A stretch of DNA of 64,000 nt from positions 10,491 to 74,490 of the forward strand of contig NZ_JBEDUL010000010.1 of the NCBI RefSeq assembly GCF_040414665.1. The letters run 5' to 3'. Source of the DNA: Intrasporangium sp. (GTDB lineage Bacteria > Actinomycetota > Actinomycetes > Actinomycetales > Dermatophilaceae). How positions within the stretch are numbered: the first letter of the stretch is position 1; each line of letters starts with the position of its first letter. The translations under genes and the position numbers were made by a program. The notes beneath the pieces were generated by a model. The model ran no database searches. It was not told the origin of the DNA and worked only from the letters and a program-made list of their open reading frames with translations. Below, one piece after another: positions 27,400 to 38,377 of this stretch.

Positions 27400-27439
27400 G
27401 TCTCTCCCAACGGTTGGTGCGTGGATCGTTATTCCGGTG

Positions 27440-27455
27440 CCGTATGCCGCTCAGC
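27440..27455 (+). repeat. Dispersed motif copy M7 (ccgtatgccgctcagc)
   Basis: The core has the G-to-C variant. It overlaps the stop codon of the SIMPL gene and lies 40 nt from the thioredoxin start, in the opposite orientation to both genes. Confidence 0.75.
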
Positions 27456-28074
27456 GCAGTTCCCAGGTCACCGTGACGCTCGCGGTGAGCTCGAGATCAC
27501 CGCCCTCCACCGGCATGCCAGCCGACGAGTCCATGGCCGCCATGGCCATCATGCGGCGGCCCGGCTGGATCGGGGCCGCCCCGGACTCGGCCACTCCGAG
27601 GACGGTGCCGACCTCGGAACCGGACAGGGCGGCATACTGCTCGGCCTTGGCGCGCGCCTCGGCGAAGGCGGCGTCCCGGGCGCGGGCCAGCCCGTCGGAG
27701 CGGTCGTCGACGTCGAGGCGGACCTGGTCGACGAGCAGGGCATTGCCGACCTCCGAAGCGGCCGCCTCGAGGATCTCGCCGACCTGGTCGAGCCGGCGCA
27801 CGGTGACGCCGAGCCGCTGCTGGGCCGTGAAGCCCACCGGGGTGCCGGTGTTGTCGTACCGCTGGCTGACATTGGCGTCGAGGGTCCGGATGTCCCGGTC
27901 GGGCACGCCTTGGTCGCGGACCACCCGGCCGACCGCTGTGATCCCCTTCGAGGCGCCGGTGAGGGCGGCGGCCACGTCCTGCGCGTCGTGGCCGATGCGC
28001 AGGTCGAGGCGGACGACGTCGGGGCTGACGGCCGCGCGGCCGGTCCCGATGACGGTGACGGTGCGCTTGGGCAT
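27451..28074 (-). CDS. SIMPL/DUF541 domain protein
   Basis: N-terminal TVTVIGTGRAAVSPDVVRLDLRI and overall length are typical of SIMPL-family proteins. Confidence 0.75.
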   Translation of the reverse strand: MPKRTVTVIGTGRAAVSPDVVRLDLRIGHDAQDVAAALTGASKGITAVGRVVRDQGVPDRDIRTLDANVSQRYDNTGTPVGFTAQQRLGVTVRRLDQVGEILEAAASEVGNALLVDQVRLDVDDRSDGLARARDAAFAEARAKAEQYAALSGSEVGTVLGVAESGAAPIQPGRRMMAMAAMDSSAGMPVEGGDLELTASVTVTWELR

Positions 28075-28130
28075 GATCCCAACCTAACCCGCGGGGCCCG
28101 CCTCGGGCCGGTTCGTAGACTGCCGCTGAC

Positions 28131-28553
28131 GTGGCGGGCGGTGTGGCTGCGGGTTTGGCAGCGGATGTGGCAGCGGATGTGGCGGGGGAGACGGCGGGCC
28201 GGATGGCGACGAGTGGACGGCGATTCTGGGTGGCGACGGCCGCCCTGTCCGTGGTCACGCACCTGGCGGTCCTCTACTGGCCGTCCGTCACCGTCACGGG
28301 CCCGGTGTCCTGGACGGACAAGGCCGTGCACGTTCTCGTCTTCGCGCTCCCGACCTATCTGGTGGGACGCGTCGTCGGCAGACCGGTGCTGGTCGCGCTG
28401 CTGTTCGCGGCCCACGCCCTGGTCAGCGAGCTCACCCAGTACCTGCTCCTGCCGGGTCGCACCGGCGACCCCTGGGACGTCGTTGCGGATCTTGCCGGCG
28501 TCATGCTGGCGACCGCGGCGCTCATGGTCGGAGCACGGTCCGGCCGCTGGTAA
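28131..28553 (+). CDS. VanZ-like membrane protein
   Basis: DKAVHVLVFALP ... SELTQYLLLPGRTGDPWDVVADLAG resembles the VanZ family. The alternative start ATG 28203 would remove an N-terminal 12-nt x2 repeat region. Confidence 0.6.
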   Translation: MAGGVAAGLAADVAADVAGETAGRMATSGRRFWVATAALSVVTHLAVLYWPSVTVTGPVSWTDKAVHVLVFALPTYLVGRVVGRPVLVALLFAAHALVSELTQYLLLPGRTGDPWDVVADLAGVMLATAALMVGARSGRW

Positions 28554-28760
28554 ACTCGACTGGTCCGGCTCCGATCCATCTCGGGGCGCCGGACGAGCCA
28601 GGTCGCCGAGTCGCGAATCGACTGGCTCACCACCGCGTGGCACCGATGCCCACCCGGTGCACAAGGGCGCAGCTGCTGCGCTGAGGCTCGTCTGCCAGGT
28701 CGTGTTGTGACTCACGGCTCGAGACGAAGTCTGCTCGAGTCGAAGAGAGTTGAATACGCA

Positions 28761-30710
28761 ATGCCCAAGAAGCCCACGTCCCGCGCGCCCAAGAAGGCTC
28801 GTTGGACCCCCGCCCAGAAGAAGGCGCGAGCCGCCGCTGCCACCACCAAGCCGCACCGGGGTCGCGAAGGGGGTCGCGAGGAAGGTCGTGGCGCCGGACA
28901 GAAGGCCGGCACGTGGACATCACGTCCTGCCACCTCGTCGCGGAGCCACGCGGGAGGTCGTGAATGGCGCCCACGGCGCGACGAGCACCGCTCCCACGAC
29001 CGGCGGGACGACCGCGGGGGTTACGACCGGCGGGACGACCGCGGCGGCTACGACCGTCGGGACGACCGCGGGGGTTACGACCGTCGCGACGAGAACCGTC
29101 GGGATGACCGCGGCGGCTACGACCGTCGCGACTCCTGGCGTCAGCGCGACACCGGCCGCGAGCGGTTCGCTCCGTCCTCGTTCGAGGAGGCCGAGGCCGA
29201 GCGACTCGAGGCCGACGCGTGGACGAAGGCCACCCGCACACCGGTTTCCGACGGCCCCGTCGAGGTTGGCGCGGACAACGGCTTCGCGGCCCTCGGTCTG
29301 CCGGAGCGGCTCGTCGAACGCCTGGCCCGTGACGGGATCACCGATCCCTTCCCGATCCAGGCCGCGACGATCCCCGACGCCCTGGCCGGCAAGGATGTCC
29401 TCGGTCGCGGCCGGACCGGATCGGGCAAGACGCTTGCCTTCGGTCTTCCCCTGATCGCCCGACTCCTCGACCTCGGCCTGCGCAGGGCGCCGCGTCGCCC
29501 CCATGCGCTCGTGCTGGTGCCGACGCGCGAGCTCGCCATGCAGGTCTCGGATGCGCTCGAGCCGCTCGTGCACGTCGTCGGGCTGCGCCACAAGCTCGTG
29601 GCGGGTGGGCTGAGCTACACGACGCAGATCAACGCGCTCAACAAGGGCGTCGACCTCCTCATCGCCACGCCGGGTCGGCTCAACGACCTGCTCGAGCGTG
29701 GCGCGGTGGAGCTGGACGACGTCCGGATCACCGTCCTCGACGAGGCCGACCACATGGCCGAGATGGGCTTCCTGGCCGAGATCACGACCAGCCTCGACCT
29801 CATCCCGACCGACGGCCAGCGGCTGCTCTTCTCGGCGACCCTGGACAACGGCATCGACGCCCTGGTCGAGCGTTACCTCACGGACCCGGTGGTCCATTCG
29901 ACCGACGAGGCGACGGCCTCCGTGGAGACGATGGAGCACCACGTCCTGCTCATCGACCCCCAGCACAAGAAGCTCATCACGGCCGAGGTCGCGAACCGCC
30001 CGGGGCGAACCCTCGTCTTCTGCAGGACCAAGCTCGGCGCAGACCGGGTGGCGGGCCAGCTCCGCGAGCAGGGGGTGCTGGCCGCCGCGCTGCACGGCGG
30101 CCTGAGCCAGGGGGCGCGCAACCGGGTCCTCGGCGCCTTCCGGGACGGCGCCCTGCCGGTCCTCGTCGCCACGGACGTCGCCGCACGTGGAATTCACGTC
30201 GACGACGTATCCGTCGTGCTCCAGGTCGACCCGGCGGCCGACCACAAGGACTACCTGCACCGCTCCGGTCGCACGGCGCGCGCCGGTGACCGGGGCACGG
30301 TGGTGACGCTCGCGCTCCCGCACCAGCGCCGCACCATGGAACGCCAGCTGCGCGAGGCCGGTCTGGGCATCGCGCCGGTCAAGGCCGCGCCCGGCGACTC
30401 GATCATCGCGGCGACGGGAGCCACTGCGCCCACCGGCGTCCCGATCGCCGACGAGGACTTCGCACGGCTGATCGAGGGGCCAAAGCGCCACAGGCGAGGC
30501 ACGGGGGCCGCTCGAGGTGCCCGACGCCCCGGCGCGGGATCGCGCGGCGGCTACCGCCCGCACCACGGCGCCGGGCACGACGAGCGCCGCGCAGACCATC
30601 GCGGGGAGCGCAGTGACCGCCGGCAGCGGGCCCCGCGTGACGGTGAGCCGCTCATCAGTCGCTGGGGTGACGACACCACGGGGCGAGAGCGTCGCCGACC
30701 GCGTTACTGA
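28761..30710 (+). CDS. DEAD-box ATP-dependent RNA helicase with N- and C-terminal Arg/Asp/Gly-rich tails
   Basis: Motifs GRGRTGSGKTLAF, DEAD (VLDEADHM), SAT (FSATL) and HRSGRTARAG. The start was set at ATG 28761. Confidence 0.9.
   Translation: MPKKPTSRAPKKARWTPAQKKARAAAATTKPHRGREGGREEGRGAGQKAGTWTSRPATSSRSHAGGREWRPRRDEHRSHDRRDDRGGYDRRDDRGGYDRRDDRGGYDRRDENRRDDRGGYDRRDSWRQRDTGRERFAPSSFEEAEAERLEADAWTKATRTPVSDGPVEVGADNGFAALGLPERLVERLARDGITDPFPIQAATIPDALAGKDVLGRGRTGSGKTLAFGLPLIARLLDLGLRRAPRRPHALVLVPTRELAMQVSDALEPLVHVVGLRHKLVAGGLSYTTQINALNKGVDLLIATPGRLNDLLERGAVELDDVRITVLDEADHMAEMGFLAEITTSLDLIPTDGQRLLFSATLDNGIDALVERYLTDPVVHSTDEATASVETMEHHVLLIDPQHKKLITAEVANRPGRTLVFCRTKLGADRVAGQLREQGVLAAALHGGLSQGARNRVLGAFRDGALPVLVATDVAARGIHVDDVSVVLQVDPAADHKDYLHRSGRTARAGDRGTVVTLALPHQRRTMERQLREAGLGIAPVKAAPGDSIIAATGATAPTGVPIADEDFARLIEGPKRHRRGTGAARGARRPGAGSRGGYRPHHGAGHDERRADHRGERSDRRQRAPRDGEPLISRWGDDTTGRERRRPRY
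28998..29130 (+). repeat. ~27-nt in-frame tandem repeat (about 4.5 units) encoding (DRRDDRGGY)n
   Basis: The unit gaccggcgggacgaccgcgggggttac is repeated with minor variation inside the helicase N-terminal region. Confidence 0.85.
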
Positions 30711-30742
30711 TCGACGGCCCCTGGTGTGGAAGGCTTGCCCCC

Positions 30743-31303
30743 GTGAGCTCGACCTTCCACACCGGCCGCCTGCTCGTGGCCACCCCCTCCGTCGAAGGTG
30801 ACGTGTTCCATCGCTCGGTCATCCTGATGCTGCACCACGACGATGGCGGCGCGCAGGGTGTGGTGCTCAACAAGCCTTTGTCGGCCGAGGTCGACTCCGT
30901 GCTGCCGGGATGGCAGCGCGTCGTGACGGCCCCACCGGTCCTCTTCCAGGGCGGACCGGTCGCGACGTCGTCTGCCCTGGGCATCGTCACGGTCCCTGGG
31001 GACGAGCCCGAGCCGCTCGGAGTGAAGCGACTGTTCGGCTCCATCGGCCTCGTCGACCTGGACGTCCCGACACCGGTCGTCGCGGCCGAGCTCGCCGGGA
31101 TGCGGATCTTCGCCGGCTATGCGGGCTGGGAGGGCGGCCAGCTCGAGGGCGAGATCCGCCGCGGGGACTGGTACGTCGTGGACGCCGAGGTCCGGGACAC
31201 GTTCACCTCCGACCCGGACGGCCTCTGGCGCGCCGTCCTCCGCCGCCAGCGCGACAGCCTGGCCTTCGTCGCCAACTTCCCCGACGACCCGTCGATGAAC
31301 TGA
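30743..31303 (+). CDS. YqgE/AlgH family protein (UPF0301)
   Basis: LLVATPSVEGDVFHRSVILMLHHDDGGAQGVVLNKPL and GYAGWEGGQLEGEI are family hallmarks. Confidence 0.85.
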   Translation: MSSTFHTGRLLVATPSVEGDVFHRSVILMLHHDDGGAQGVVLNKPLSAEVDSVLPGWQRVVTAPPVLFQGGPVATSSALGIVTVPGDEPEPLGVKRLFGSIGLVDLDVPTPVVAAELAGMRIFAGYAGWEGGQLEGEIRRGDWYVVDAEVRDTFTSDPDGLWRAVLRRQRDSLAFVANFPDDPSMN

Positions 31304-31311
31304 GCCTCGCC

Positions 31312-32160
31312 ATGCCGTATGCCGCTGAGCTCGCTCCCGAGGGCTCGCCAGCTCCCGCTCGGGTGGCCGTCATCGACAGCGGCATCGGCCTGCTCGGCTA
31401 CGCGGGCGCCCTCCGGAACCTCCGGCCCGACCTGGAGCTGGTCCTGGCGCTCGACCCCGACCACATGCCATACGGTCCCCGGCCGCACGAGGAGGTCAGG
31501 GAGCTCGTCCTGGCCCTGGCGAGGTCCGCCGCGGCGTACGAGCCCACCGCCATCGTCGTCGCCTGCAACACCGCATCCGTCCACGGCCTGGCGGCACTCC
31601 GCGAGGAGTTCGAGCCCGATGTCCACATCGTCGGGACCGTCCCGGCGATCCGCCCGGCGGCCGCGACCGGCGGACCGGTGGCGATCTGGTCCACCGCCGC
31701 GACATCGTCGAGCGACTACCTGCGAGGCCTCGTCGATGCCTTCGCGTCGGACATCGAGACGCACTCGATCGCTGCGCTCGGCCTCGCCGAGGCCATCGAG
31801 CAGGCGGACCCGGAGGCGATCGACCGGAGCATTGCCGCTGCGGTTGCCGCCTCGCCCCGGAACGTGAGCGCCCTCGTCCTCGGCTGCACGCACTACGGAC
31901 TCGTCGGCGACCGCATCGCGCAAGCGTGGGCCCGGCGGGCGGGGGCCGGCGTGACGATCTTCGACTCGCCGGTCGCCGTCGCACGGCAGACGCTCCGCCG
32001 CATCGGGCTCGAGCCGGATGAGCGCGCCCTCCCGAGCCCGGCGGCGCCGACCGTGCTGCTCAGCGGCCGGCCGGGTCAGCTCCCCGAGCGGCTGGCGGCA
32101 TATGCCCCCGCGGCCGAGCTGCTCGGCCGATCGGACCCGCGGCCTACACTTTCGTCATGA
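31312..32160 (+). CDS. murI: Glutamate racemase
   Basis: VIDSGIGLLGY, and catalytic Cys motifs ACNTAS and GCTHY. Only the 3' part of the 416-aa track ORF is used. An alternative start exists at GTG 31363. Confidence 0.9.
   Translation: MPYAAELAPEGSPAPARVAVIDSGIGLLGYAGALRNLRPDLELVLALDPDHMPYGPRPHEEVRELVLALARSAAAYEPTAIVVACNTASVHGLAALREEFEPDVHIVGTVPAIRPAAATGGPVAIWSTAATSSSDYLRGLVDAFASDIETHSIAALGLAEAIEQADPEAIDRSIAAAVAASPRNVSALVLGCTHYGLVGDRIAQAWARRAGAGVTIFDSPVAVARQTLRRIGLEPDERALPSPAAPTVLLSGRPGQLPERLAAYAPAAELLGRSDPRPTLSS
31315..31330 (+). repeat. Dispersed motif copy M8 (ccgtatgccgctgagc)
   Basis: Exact core immediately after the ATG annotated as the murI start (MPYAAEL). Confidence 0.8.
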
Positions 32161-32495
32161 GTGTGATGCCCCCCGACCCCTTCGAGACCCAGCCCGAGCC
32201 GCAGCCGCTGCGCAGCACCGGCACCGCGACCATCGAGCGCGAGGAGGTCCGCGAGGAGCTCCAGGAGCCCGGCGACCACGAGCGCTTCTCCCACTACGTC
32301 CGCAAGGAGAAGATCCTCGAGAGCGCGCTCAGCGGAGAGCCCGTGGTCGCTCTCTGCGGCAAGGTCTGGGTTCCCGGCCGCGACCCACAGAAGTTCCCGG
32401 TGTGTCCCGTCTGCAAGGAGATCTACGACGGCCTGCGCGACCCCCAGGACGGCGGCGACGGCGGTTCCGGCGGGGACTCTGGCGGCACGTCCTGA
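32157..32495 (+). CDS. DUF3039 domain protein
   Basis: ERFSHYVRKEKILESALSGEPVVALCGKVWVPGRDPQKFPVCPVCKEIY. The ATGA start overlaps the murI stop. Confidence 0.8.
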   Translation: MSVMPPDPFETQPEPQPLRSTGTATIEREEVREELQEPGDHERFSHYVRKEKILESALSGEPVVALCGKVWVPGRDPQKFPVCPVCKEIYDGLRDPQDGGDGGSGGDSGGTS

Positions 32496-32592
32496 GTCGG
32501 CCGATCCGGCCAATACCATGCGAGCGAGGCCCCGCCCGTCAGGGCGGGGCCTCGGCATGTCGTCTCTCGAGATCGCCTACGGTGGGGGGCCT

Positions 32593-34362
32593 ATGAGTTC
32601 AGGGGCCGCCTTTCACCTGTCACCCGCCTTCCCGGATCGCGCCGCCTGGGGCACCGCGAGCAAGCTGCGTGCCTGGCAGCAGGAGGCCCTCGACTCGTAC
32701 CTTCGGGACGACCCGCGCGACTTCCTCGCCGTGGCCACGCCCGGTGCCGGCAAGACCACCTACGCGCTCCGGGTCGCCACCGAGCTGCTCTCCCGCGGCC
32801 TCGTCCACCGGATCACCGTCGTGGCGCCGACCGAGCACCTCAAGACGCAGTGGGCTGATGCGGCGGCCCGGGTCGGGATCAGCCTCGACCCGAGGTTCAG
32901 CAACTCGGTCGGCCGACACTCCGAGGACTACCACGGCGTCGCGGTGACGTATGCGCAGGTCGCCTCGCGTCCCTCGCTCCACCGCGAGCTGACGCTGACC
33001 CGCCCCACCCTGGTGATCCTCGACGAGATCCACCACGGCGGCGACAGCAAGAGCTGGGGGGACGGCATCCGGGAGGCGTTCGACTCGGCGACGCGCCGAC
33101 TCTCGTTGACCGGCACGCCGTTCCGTTCGGACACGTCACCGATCCCCTTCGTGCGCTACGAGCTCGATGCGGATGGGATCCTGACGTCGTCGAGCGACTA
33201 CGCGTACGGCTATGCGGAGGCGCTGCGCGACGGCGTCGTGCGACCGGTCCTCTTCCTCGCCTACGGCGGCAACATGCGCTGGCGCACCAAGGCGGGTGAC
33301 GAGATCTCGGCGAGCCTCGGCACCCCGATGACGAAGGACCAGATCGCCCAGGCCTGGCGCACCGCCCTCGACCCCAAGGGGGAGTGGATCGGCTCGGTCC
33401 TTGCCGCCGCCGACAAGCGGCTCACCGAGGTCAGGCGCGGGGTGCCTGACGCGGGCGGCCTCGTCATCGCGTCCAACCAGACGCAGGCGAGGGCGTATGC
33501 CGCTCAGCTCCGAGCGCTGACCGGCGAACCTGTCGCGGTGGTGCTCTCCGATGACGCGGGGGCCTCCCAGCGCATCGAGGAGTTCGCCGCCGACACGTCC
33601 CGCTGGATGGTCGCCGTCCGCATGGTGTCCGAGGGTGTCGACGTGCCGCGCCTCTGCGTCGGCGTGTACGCCACCTCGACCTCCACCCCGCTCTTCTTCG
33701 CCCAGGCAGTGGGTCGCTTCGTCCGGGCCCGGAGGCGTGGCGAGACGGCGTCCGTGTTCCTGCCCTCCGTGCCCGTCGTCCTGGACCATGCTGCGCGGCT
33801 GGAGGAGCAGCGCGACCATGCCCTCGACCGCAAGCCAGCGGCAGAGGGCGACGTCGCTGCGATGTGGGCGGAGGAGCAGGGTCTGCTCGACGAGGCCCTG
33901 CGCGAGGAGAAGGCGAACGCCAGCCTGCTGGACGAGGGCACCTTCGAGGCGCTCGAGTCCGAGGCCCACTTCGACCACGTGCTCTTCGACAAGCAGCAGT
34001 GGGGCATGCACGCCCAGGTCGGCTCCGCGGAGGAAGAGGAGTACCTCGGCCTGCCCGGGCTGCTCGAGCCCGACCAGGTCGCCGCGCTGCTCCACGAGCG
34101 GCAGCGCAAGCAGGTGAAGAAGGCACCGAAGGCGCCGAGCGCACCCCTCGCGCAGCACCGGGCGCTCGCCGCCCAGCGCAAGGAGCTCAACAAGCTCGTC
34201 TCTGCCTACGCGCGGCAGAAGGGCCATCCGCACGCCACCGTCCACCTGGACCTGCGGCGGGCATGTGGTGGGCCCGACCTCGCCGCAGCCTCGTCGGAGC
34301 AGGTCGCGGAGCGGATCGAGCGGATCCGCAACTGGCTGGTCGGCCGGCGCCAACGTCAGTAG
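32593..34362 (+). CDS. SF2 DEAD/DEAH-box helicase (Res-subunit-like)
   Basis: Walker A ATPGAGKT, DEIHH box, and a helicase C-terminal domain. The start is uncertain (32518, 32557 or 32593). Confidence 0.8.
   Translation: MSSGAAFHLSPAFPDRAAWGTASKLRAWQQEALDSYLRDDPRDFLAVATPGAGKTTYALRVATELLSRGLVHRITVVAPTEHLKTQWADAAARVGISLDPRFSNSVGRHSEDYHGVAVTYAQVASRPSLHRELTLTRPTLVILDEIHHGGDSKSWGDGIREAFDSATRRLSLTGTPFRSDTSPIPFVRYELDADGILTSSSDYAYGYAEALRDGVVRPVLFLAYGGNMRWRTKAGDEISASLGTPMTKDQIAQAWRTALDPKGEWIGSVLAAADKRLTEVRRGVPDAGGLVIASNQTQARAYAAQLRALTGEPVAVVLSDDAGASQRIEEFAADTSRWMVAVRMVSEGVDVPRLCVGVYATSTSTPLFFAQAVGRFVRARRRGETASVFLPSVPVVLDHAARLEEQRDHALDRKPAAEGDVAAMWAEEQGLLDEALREEKANASLLDEGTFEALESEAHFDHVLFDKQQWGMHAQVGSAEEEEYLGLPGLLEPDQVAALLHERQRKQVKKAPKAPSAPLAQHRALAAQRKELNKLVSAYARQKGHPHATVHLDLRRACGGPDLAAASSEQVAERIERIRNWLVGRRQRQ
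33493..33508 (+). repeat. Dispersed motif copy M9 (gcgtatgccgctcagc), inside the helicase CDS
   Basis: 15 of 16 core positions match. It is read as AYAAQL and uses the rare codons TAT and GCT. Confidence 0.65.
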
Positions 34363-34503
34363 CCGATGCTGCCGAGCCGCTCCCGGCAACGTCGTCACCT
34401 TCTGCCAGACAGTAGGTCACCCGGACGGTGCCTCCCGCGGCTAGGGTCGACGCGCCCTCCACCTACCAAGCCGGTGGAGGAGACGACCTCCTAGGGGACG
34501 CTG

Positions 34504-36354
34504 ATGACGAAAGACCTCCTCCGGTCCGAGACGACCCGGCGGCAGCTGCTCACCATGGCCGCGATCGGCGGCGCTGGCCTGTTCACGGTGGCGGGAGCGC
34601 CTGCGGCAACGGCTCAGGGAAGCGGTGCTGGCAGCAACGGCAAGCCGCTGCGGCTGACCGTGCTCGGCACGACTGACCTGCACGGCAACGTCTACAACTG
34701 GGACTACTTCAAGGACGCTGTCTACCAGGACTCGGCCGGCAACCACGTCGGCCTCGCGAAGGCCGCGACGCTGATCAAGGCGGTCCGGGCCGAGCGCGGA
34801 GCGGACACGTGCATCACCCTCGACGCCGGCGACACCATCCAAGGCACCCCGCTCGCGTACTACTACGCGAAGATCGACCCCATCACCGGTGGCTCGAAGC
34901 ACCCGATGGCGCAGTCGATGAACCTCGTCGGCTACGACGCCGCTGCGCTCGGCAACCACGAGTACAACTACGGCCTCGACCTGCTGCACACCTGGGAGGA
35001 GCAGCTCAACTTCCCGCTGCTGTCGGCGAACTCGGTCGACTGGCACACCGGCCAGCCGGTCTTCCGGCCCTACGTCATCAAGACCATCAGGGTGCCCGGA
35101 TCCAAGCCGGTGAAGGTGGGCATCCTCGGCCTCGTCACCCCCGGCGTCGCGATCTGGGACAAGGCCAACGTCGAGGGCAAGGTCAGGTTCCCGGGCATCG
35201 TCGAGCAGGCCGCCCTCTTCGTCCCCAGGCTCAGGGCCGCCGGCGCCGACGTCGTCGTCGTCTCGGTCCACTCGGGAGCGGACACGTCGTCGTCCTACGG
35301 TGACGCGCTGCCGTACCCGGAGAACGCCGCCACCCTCATGGCGCAGCAGGTCCCCGGCATCGACGCGGTGCTCGTCGGGCACGCGCACAAGGAGATCCCG
35401 CAACGGTTCGTGACGAACGAGCAGACCGGCAAGCAGGTCCTGCTCTCGGAGCCGCTCTACTGGGGCATGCGCGTCACCGTCATGGATCTCGACCTCGTCA
35501 AGGTCCGGGGCCAGTGGCAGGTCGCCTCGTCCGGTGCGACCACCCTCAACTCGAACACCGCCCCCGAGGACCCGGAGATCGCGGCCCTGCTGCGCGACTC
35601 GCACGAGACGGTGCGCACGTACGTCAACAGCGTCATCGGCGAGTGCCTCTCACCGATGTCCGCGGCGACGTCCCGATACGAGGACACCGCGGCGATGGAC
35701 TTCATCAACCACGTCCAGGCCGACGCGGTGAAGCAGGCCCTCGTGGGGACGCCGCAGGAGAACCTGCCCATGCTGTCCATCGCGGCACCCTTCAACAAGA
35801 ACGCCGCGATCCCGGCCGGCGACGTCACGGTCCGCGACGTCGCGGGCCTGTACATCTTCGACAACACCCTGCTCGCCATCGTCCTGACGGGCGCCCAGGT
35901 CAAGGACTACCTCGAGTACTCGTCGCGGTACTTCAACAAGGTGAGCGGCACCGGACCCTTCGCGCCGGGCGAGCTGACGAACGCCGTCACCGGCACGGCA
36001 CCGAACGGCACGCCGGACTACAACTACGACATCATGGGCGGTCTCGATGCCCCGCTGACCTACGACATCGATCTCGCCAAGAACCCCGGTGAGCGGATCC
36101 GGGGCCTGTCGTACGACGGCTCGCCCATCGACCTCGACGGCGAGTTCGTCATCGCCATCAACAACTACCGACAGTCCGGTGGCGGCAACTTCCCGCACGT
36201 CACCGCCGCGCCCGTCGTCTACAACCGGCAGATCGAGATCCGTCAGCTGCTCATCGACTGGGTGAGCGCGCAGGGCGTCATCGACCCCTCGACGTTCTCC
36301 GCGATCGACTGGACGCTCGTCAGCAACAGCAGCCCCATCACCATCACCCCCTGA
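34504..36354 (+). CDS. Secreted bifunctional metallophosphatase/5'-nucleotidase (CpdB/UshA-like)
   Basis: Tat-type signal (TRRQLLTMAAIGGAGLF), metallophosphatase motifs DAGDTIQG and GNHEYN, and a C-terminal 5'-nucleotidase domain. Confidence 0.88.
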   Translation: MTKDLLRSETTRRQLLTMAAIGGAGLFTVAGAPAATAQGSGAGSNGKPLRLTVLGTTDLHGNVYNWDYFKDAVYQDSAGNHVGLAKAATLIKAVRAERGADTCITLDAGDTIQGTPLAYYYAKIDPITGGSKHPMAQSMNLVGYDAAALGNHEYNYGLDLLHTWEEQLNFPLLSANSVDWHTGQPVFRPYVIKTIRVPGSKPVKVGILGLVTPGVAIWDKANVEGKVRFPGIVEQAALFVPRLRAAGADVVVVSVHSGADTSSSYGDALPYPENAATLMAQQVPGIDAVLVGHAHKEIPQRFVTNEQTGKQVLLSEPLYWGMRVTVMDLDLVKVRGQWQVASSGATTLNSNTAPEDPEIAALLRDSHETVRTYVNSVIGECLSPMSAATSRYEDTAAMDFINHVQADAVKQALVGTPQENLPMLSIAAPFNKNAAIPAGDVTVRDVAGLYIFDNTLLAIVLTGAQVKDYLEYSSRYFNKVSGTGPFAPGELTNAVTGTAPNGTPDYNYDIMGGLDAPLTYDIDLAKNPGERIRGLSYDGSPIDLDGEFVIAINNYRQSGGGNFPHVTAAPVVYNRQIEIRQLLIDWVSAQGVIDPSTFSAIDWTLVSNSSPITITP

Positions 36355-36362
36355 CTCCCCGA

Positions 36363-36404
36363 TCGAGGTATCCGGTCGCTCCCGAGAGCGATCGGATACC
36401 TCGA
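36363..36404. terminator. Bidirectional hairpin terminator (19-bp stem, 4-nt loop)
   Basis: TCGAGGTATCCGGTCGCTC-ccga-GAGCGATCGGATACCTCGA, with one G-U pair. It lies between the convergent nucleotidase and lrp genes. Confidence 0.75.
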
Positions 36405-36427
36405 CCGGGAGGGGTGGGCGAGAAGGG

Positions 36428-38302
<1,875 letters not shown>

Positions 38303-38377
38303 CGCGCCGCTGACGCGGGACGACAGAGTGTGGTGACGTCGACTGCGGAGGGCCGGCTTCATGGCAGAGTTGGGGGC

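Noticed and set aside
28113-28130. Possible degenerate copies of the dispersed motif at 28113-28130 (tcgtagactgccgctgac) and 34362-34377 (gccgatgctgccgagc).
   Set aside because: They need an indel or at least 3-4 mismatches relative to the 16-nt core. That is too diverged to count without a statistical model, although both sit just upstream of gene starts.
26084-28760. A genomic island integrated at the tmRNA 3' end.
   Set aside because: I saw no integrase or recombinase, no duplicated copy of the tmRNA 3' segment (ttcaattcccgccacctcc occurs once), and no compositional break visible by eye. The downstream genes are ordinary housekeeping types (thioredoxin, SIMPL, VanZ).
28998-29130. The tandem repeats at 28998-29130 and 51366-51410 as possible CRISPR arrays.
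   Set aside because: The units are 27 nt and 9 nt, contiguous with no spacers. They lie in frame inside CDSs with high GC3, and there are no cas genes. They are coding micro/minisatellites.
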